From: a virus
Taxonomy: Duplodnaviria > Caudoviricetes
Length of the DNA: 24,736 bases
IMG/VR virus record: IMGVR_UViG_3300020042_005131
Coordinates: 1 to 24,736 of that record
Reading direction: 5' to 3' (one strand)
A program made the position numbers and the translations under genes. The first letter of the stretch is position 1. Each line of letters opens with the position of its first letter. Below, in pieces: positions 24,601-24,736 of the stretch. Under the pieces are notes generated by a model. The model searched no databases and had not been told where the DNA came from. It saw nothing but the letters and a program-made list of their open reading frames with translations.

Positions 24601-24736
24601 CTAAAAACCTGAGATGCCATTGGCAAGGTATTGTTCTATCTGTCGCTGTATTTCCATGCTCTGCACTCGCTTGTCAATATCTTCATCGGCAAAGCCTTTG
24701 TTTTGAAATTGCTTTCTGGTTTTTATTAGTTCGTCT
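24601..24736 (-). CDS. 3' end of a convergent hypothetical gene (truncated by window)
   Basis: Open minus frame DELIKTRKQFQNKGFADEDIDKRVQSMEIQRQIEQYLANGISGF ending in TAG at 24603-24601. Confidence 0.5.
   Translation of the reverse strand, partial: DELIKTRKQFQNKGFADEDIDKRVQSMEIQRQIEQYLANGISGF

Larger units (their letters stand above)
1..24736. mobile_element. Siphovirus-like phage/prophage segment (packaging, head, neck, tail, lysis, start of regulatory/early region)
   Basis: Continuous syntenic run of recognisable phage morphogenesis genes; no bacterial housekeeping genes. Free phage versus prophage cannot be decided here. Confidence 0.97.

Noticed and set aside
24501-24736. Plus-strand ORF from ATG 24501 with imperfect repeat ATGAAACTAATAAT / ATGGAACTAATAAT (24501, 24561)
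   Set aside because: It runs antisense through a more protein-like minus-strand ORF and off the window edge, so it cannot be supported.

Overview
The whole window is part of a tailed dsDNA phage or prophage with an HK97-type head and a long non-contractile (siphovirus-like) tail, most likely infecting a gamma- or beta-proteobacterium. No host genes, integrase or att site are visible. Plus-strand order: terminase large subunit (3' part), prohead protease-major capsid fusion, small AT-hook protein, portal, collagen-repeat head protein, gp6-like connector, head-closure protein with an extra C-terminal domain, seven enzyme genes, gp10-like neck protein, tail terminator, major tail protein, tail chaperones joined by a -1 frameshift, tape measure, tail-tip module, tail fibre, and a lysis region with an M15 endolysin. 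A minus-strand block (PAPS-reductase-family and HTH proteins), a divergent promoter/operator region and several tiny early-type ORFs follow. The standout is the gap-free 4.6-kb cassette at 6219-10856 in the middle of the neck genes. It encodes a Maf/CstII-like transferase, two KpsS/KpsC (GT107)-like paralogs, a GT-B and a GT-A glycosyltransferase, a 2OG-Fe(II) oxygenase and a SAM methyltransferase. I infer a virion-glycosylation system, possibly using ulosonic sugars. All family assignments come from motif recognition by eye; no database searches were run.
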